DNA of 64,000 nucleotides from an uncultured Christensenellaceae bacterium (GTDB lineage Bacteria; Bacillota; Clostridia; Christensenellales; CAG-1252): NCBI GenBank assembly GCA_964391805.1, contig CAYMNK010000005.1, positions 96,979 to 160,978 of the forward strand, read 5' to 3'. Shown piece by piece: positions 61,597 to 64,000 of this stretch (position 1 is its first letter; each line of letters starts with the position of its first letter). The notes under the pieces were generated by a model. It saw only the letters and a program-made list of their open reading frames with translations, ran no database searches and was not told where the DNA came from. The position numbers and the translations under genes were made by a program.

Positions 61597-63222
61597 TTAA
61601 TCAATCCTACGGTATTTGCCGTAGAACACCTTGGTTTTTAGGACATACACAAGGATAAAGCCTAATACTACAACTGCACATATTCCTAAGCTTATACCGG
61701 CAATCGCCCAGTCCCAACCAGCGCTTGCTTTGACGTTATCCCACATAGATACAATGGTGCTGTTTTGATCTCCGAAATCTTTCATTACGCCAAGTAAAGC
61801 AAACTCATCGTCGCTCAAATATAGATGCGGATATCTAATCAATGACAACCACTCCTCGTCATACAACAGCTCGTATACGGCATCATATGCTCCGTACAAT
61901 TCGCCAGATTCGTCGGTGCCAAAAATCAATTCGTCAAGTTGTTCCAAAGGGCTCCCCTCTTCCCACATCGTTTCGGGATTTTGTAGAGCTAAATCTAATA
62001 CCGCTTGAATATCGGCAAGTGCTTTTTCGTCTTCCCAAATTTTTTCAACTCGAGCAATTCGATTGTTCGATAACGTTTGTAGTGCTTTATCGGACGTTTC
62101 GATGTATTGATAAGAATCTACAATGGCAAGGATCGCTTCGGCGTCACCCATAATCGCTTCTCTGTTCATTGCGGAAGAGTAGCCTATTTCGTACATATTA
62201 TATACGTTAACATAGGGTTGACAAGCCCACTCGATAAATAACTCAGCGGCTTCTACATTCTTACACGACGTAGGCATACACCATCCGTCAAACCATACGT
62301 TACCACCGCTTGTAGGATTAATAAATCCCAACTCTACGCCTTCTAACGCGGCTTCTTCGATTGCATACATTGCATCGCCCGACCAAGCAAGGTTTACATA
62401 GGCACTTCCAATAATCATATCGTCTTTACCAAGGTCTACTTCGTACCCTTTGAGACAGCCCGATTCTTTTTGTTGCTGAAGTATTTTTTCGGCAGAATCG
62501 ATCATTGCGTCATCGGTACAGTTGATAAGATCTTGCGGAGCTAAATTCTTATATTGCTCGGGCAAAACTCCCATTTCGTACATATACATTACGGCGGCAG
62601 CATATGCGTCTCTTACACTATCTTTCATAAGTATTTTACCGTTTAGTTTATCGTATGAGGTCAATTCGCCTTCGTCATTGTACCAAGAATTCCATAGCAA
62701 TCCCCAGCCTGCTTCTTCTGCCAATTCATCGGAAATAACTTCATTACCGTTTTTGTCGACACGTGTGTACATTACGCCCAAAGTTCCCCACATATATGGT
62801 ACAAAATAATCGTTGAGGTTATATTCCATATCCTCAAAAATCTCGTCTACCTTACCGGTAATCATGGGGTCGATATTATCGAGATTCCCAATGTTTTCTT
62901 TATTGATTTTAAGCAGTTTACCCGCTCCCGCAAGCCTCATTATAGAATATTCCGACGGACAAACCAAATCAACGTCAGCATCGTCGTTTAGAACCTTGGT
63001 CATCATGGTTTCATTGGTATCATAGGTGCTGTAGACGACTTCTATTTTTTTACCTGTTTTGGCAAAATAGTAGTCTTCGAACTCATCCAAAATGGACAGA
63101 TCAATATAATCCGCCCAATTGTATACGATAAGTTTGTCCTTTCTCGTGGAACATCCCGTAAATACCGCAATACCCGAAAACGCAAAACAAATAACTAATA
63201 ATAAAAGTATAACTTTCTTCAT
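61597..63222 (-). CDS. potD: PotD-like polyamine ABC transporter substrate-binding lipoprotein, unusually long (541 aa), with a C-terminal TM helix
   Basis: Lipobox FTGC, and LIVYNWADYID typical of PotD/PotF. It lies downstream of potC. The C-terminal WAIAGISLGICAVVVLGFILVYVL is a predicted TM segment. Confidence 0.78.
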   Translation of the reverse strand: MKKVILLLLVICFAFSGIAVFTGCSTRKDKLIVYNWADYIDLSILDEFEDYYFAKTGKKIEVVYSTYDTNETMMTKVLNDDADVDLVCPSEYSIMRLAGAGKLLKINKENIGNLDNIDPMITGKVDEIFEDMEYNLNDYFVPYMWGTLGVMYTRVDKNGNEVISDELAEEAGWGLLWNSWYNDEGELTSYDKLNGKILMKDSVRDAYAAAVMYMYEMGVLPEQYKNLAPQDLINCTDDAMIDSAEKILQQQKESGCLKGYEVDLGKDDMIIGSAYVNLAWSGDAMYAIEEAALEGVELGFINPTSGGNVWFDGWCMPTSCKNVEAAELFIEWACQPYVNVYNMYEIGYSSAMNREAIMGDAEAILAIVDSYQYIETSDKALQTLSNNRIARVEKIWEDEKALADIQAVLDLALQNPETMWEEGSPLEQLDELIFGTDESGELYGAYDAVYELLYDEEWLSLIRYPHLYLSDDEFALLGVMKDFGDQNSTIVSMWDNVKASAGWDWAIAGISLGICAVVVLGFILVYVLKTKVFYGKYRRID

Positions 63223-63990
63223 CTATTCATCCTCCGTTTTAACCTTGAGCTTTTTGAGGTTGGCAAGCAATAATAAAGTAATTACAACCACAAATATGAT
63301 GGAGAATACCGCAAACCAATACGGACTGATCGATTTGACTCTCGCATCCTCGTAAATAAACGTGCTAAGCGTTTCGATACCGGTACCAGCACCCTTGTTG
63401 ATTTGAGTGATGATAAAATCGTCAAGTGAAAGGGTGAACGCCATTATGAAGCCCGAAAGTATTCCGGGAACAAGATTGGGCAGTAATACGCCGAATAATG
63501 CCTTTGTAGGCGTACTTCCGAGGTCCAACGCAGCTTCATATATGTTTTTATCCATACGTTGCAACAATGGCAAAACCGACAATACTACATACGGAGTACA
63601 GAAACTGACATGACCTAAAATAAGTCTTACATATCCTTGCGGGAATGCAAAAGTGGAGAAAAACACCATTAACGATACCGCAATAACGATTTCGCTATTG
63701 ACAATAGGAATTTGGTTTACCATAGTCACGACTGCACGTGTGCGCTTTTTCAACGAATGAATACCTATAGCACTGATACTGCCTAAAACGGTGGATATTA
63801 CCGACGAAATCACTGCGATAAGCAACGTATTTTTCAACGCAGACATCAATGAATCAAAGGATTCTGACTCGAATATTTGCTTATACGAACTAAAGGTAAA
63901 ACCTTGCGAAAAGGAAAATCTCGCATTACCGCTGAAACTGAATACGATTATCAACAGTATAGGTGCATATAACAAAGCAAGTACAAGCAC
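63223..63990 (-). CDS. potC: polyamine ABC transporter permease PotC
   Basis: Six TM segments with the EAA-loop region EAALDLGSTPTKALFGVLLP. The GTG start overlaps the stop of an upstream potB-like gene that runs off the window. Confidence 0.85.
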   Translation of the reverse strand: MLVLALLYAPILLIIVFSFSGNARFSFSQGFTFSSYKQIFESESFDSLMSALKNTLLIAVISSVISTVLGSISAIGIHSLKKRTRAVVTMVNQIPIVNSEIVIAVSLMVFFSTFAFPQGYVRLILGHVSFCTPYVVLSVLPLLQRMDKNIYEAALDLGSTPTKALFGVLLPNLVPGILSGFIMAFTLSLDDFIITQINKGAGTGIETLSTFIYEDARVKSISPYWFAVFSIIFVVVITLLLLANLKKLKVKTEDE

Positions 63991-64000
63991 TACATAACTG

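Noticed and set aside
63990-64000. The 3' end of a potB-like gene overlapping the potC GTG start.
   Set aside because: Only 11 nt lie in the window, which is too short to annotate. It is mentioned only as context for potC.

Overview
This 64 kb window is chromosomal DNA from a low-GC, spore-forming Firmicutes/Clostridia-like bacterium. All calls rest on motif recognition by eye; no searches were run. The backbone is housekeeping: tatD-rsmA-tRNA-Gln, spmAB, a yabM/yabN-like pair, dus, greA, and the origin-proximal cluster rpmH-rnpA-yidD-yidC-jag-mnmE-mnmG-rsmG followed by prfB and tsaD. It also carries minD-minE-spoIIE, folD, a NUDIX gene, thyA, a Ca-type P-type ATPase and potCD. Two things stand out. 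(1) Almost every longer intergenic gap is filled by one family of modular, mosaic repeats. I delimited 11 loci with roughly 30 units, about 4 kb or 6% of the window. The units have conserved flanks (AAGATAC ... GTTCGACT ... CGCTCAGTATGACATTTGATGG) around hairpins whose stem sequences are swapped or compensated while pairing is kept. Accessory modules include a twin-hairpin bidirectional terminator, a three-hairpin ACATCATT module, and a purine-rich leader-like module. Nearly all units lie in the same orientation. I do not recognise this as a described element; this is the strongest candidate for something new. (2) An AT-rich five-gene island (25.3-30.9 kb) is bracketed by about 257-nt near-identical direct repeats of that family. 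It encodes a streptopain-like (C10) cysteine peptidase fused to BspA-type LRRs and Listeria-Bacteroides repeats. It also holds a chagasin-like (I42) inhibitor gene broken by a frameshift in an A7 tract, a possible prodomain-like membrane protein, a lipoprotein and a 35-aa signal-peptide mini-ORF. Further accessory genes include a BclA-like collagen-repeat protein, a Big_2/Gly-rich/HExxH lipoprotein, and a 2081-aa lipoprotein of unknown function. There is also a zinc-ribbon/coiled-coil/TM/DUF6273-like protein and a GLUG-motif lipoprotein with an apparently leaderless promoter. No CRISPR array, rRNA, transposase, integrase or prophage genes were seen.
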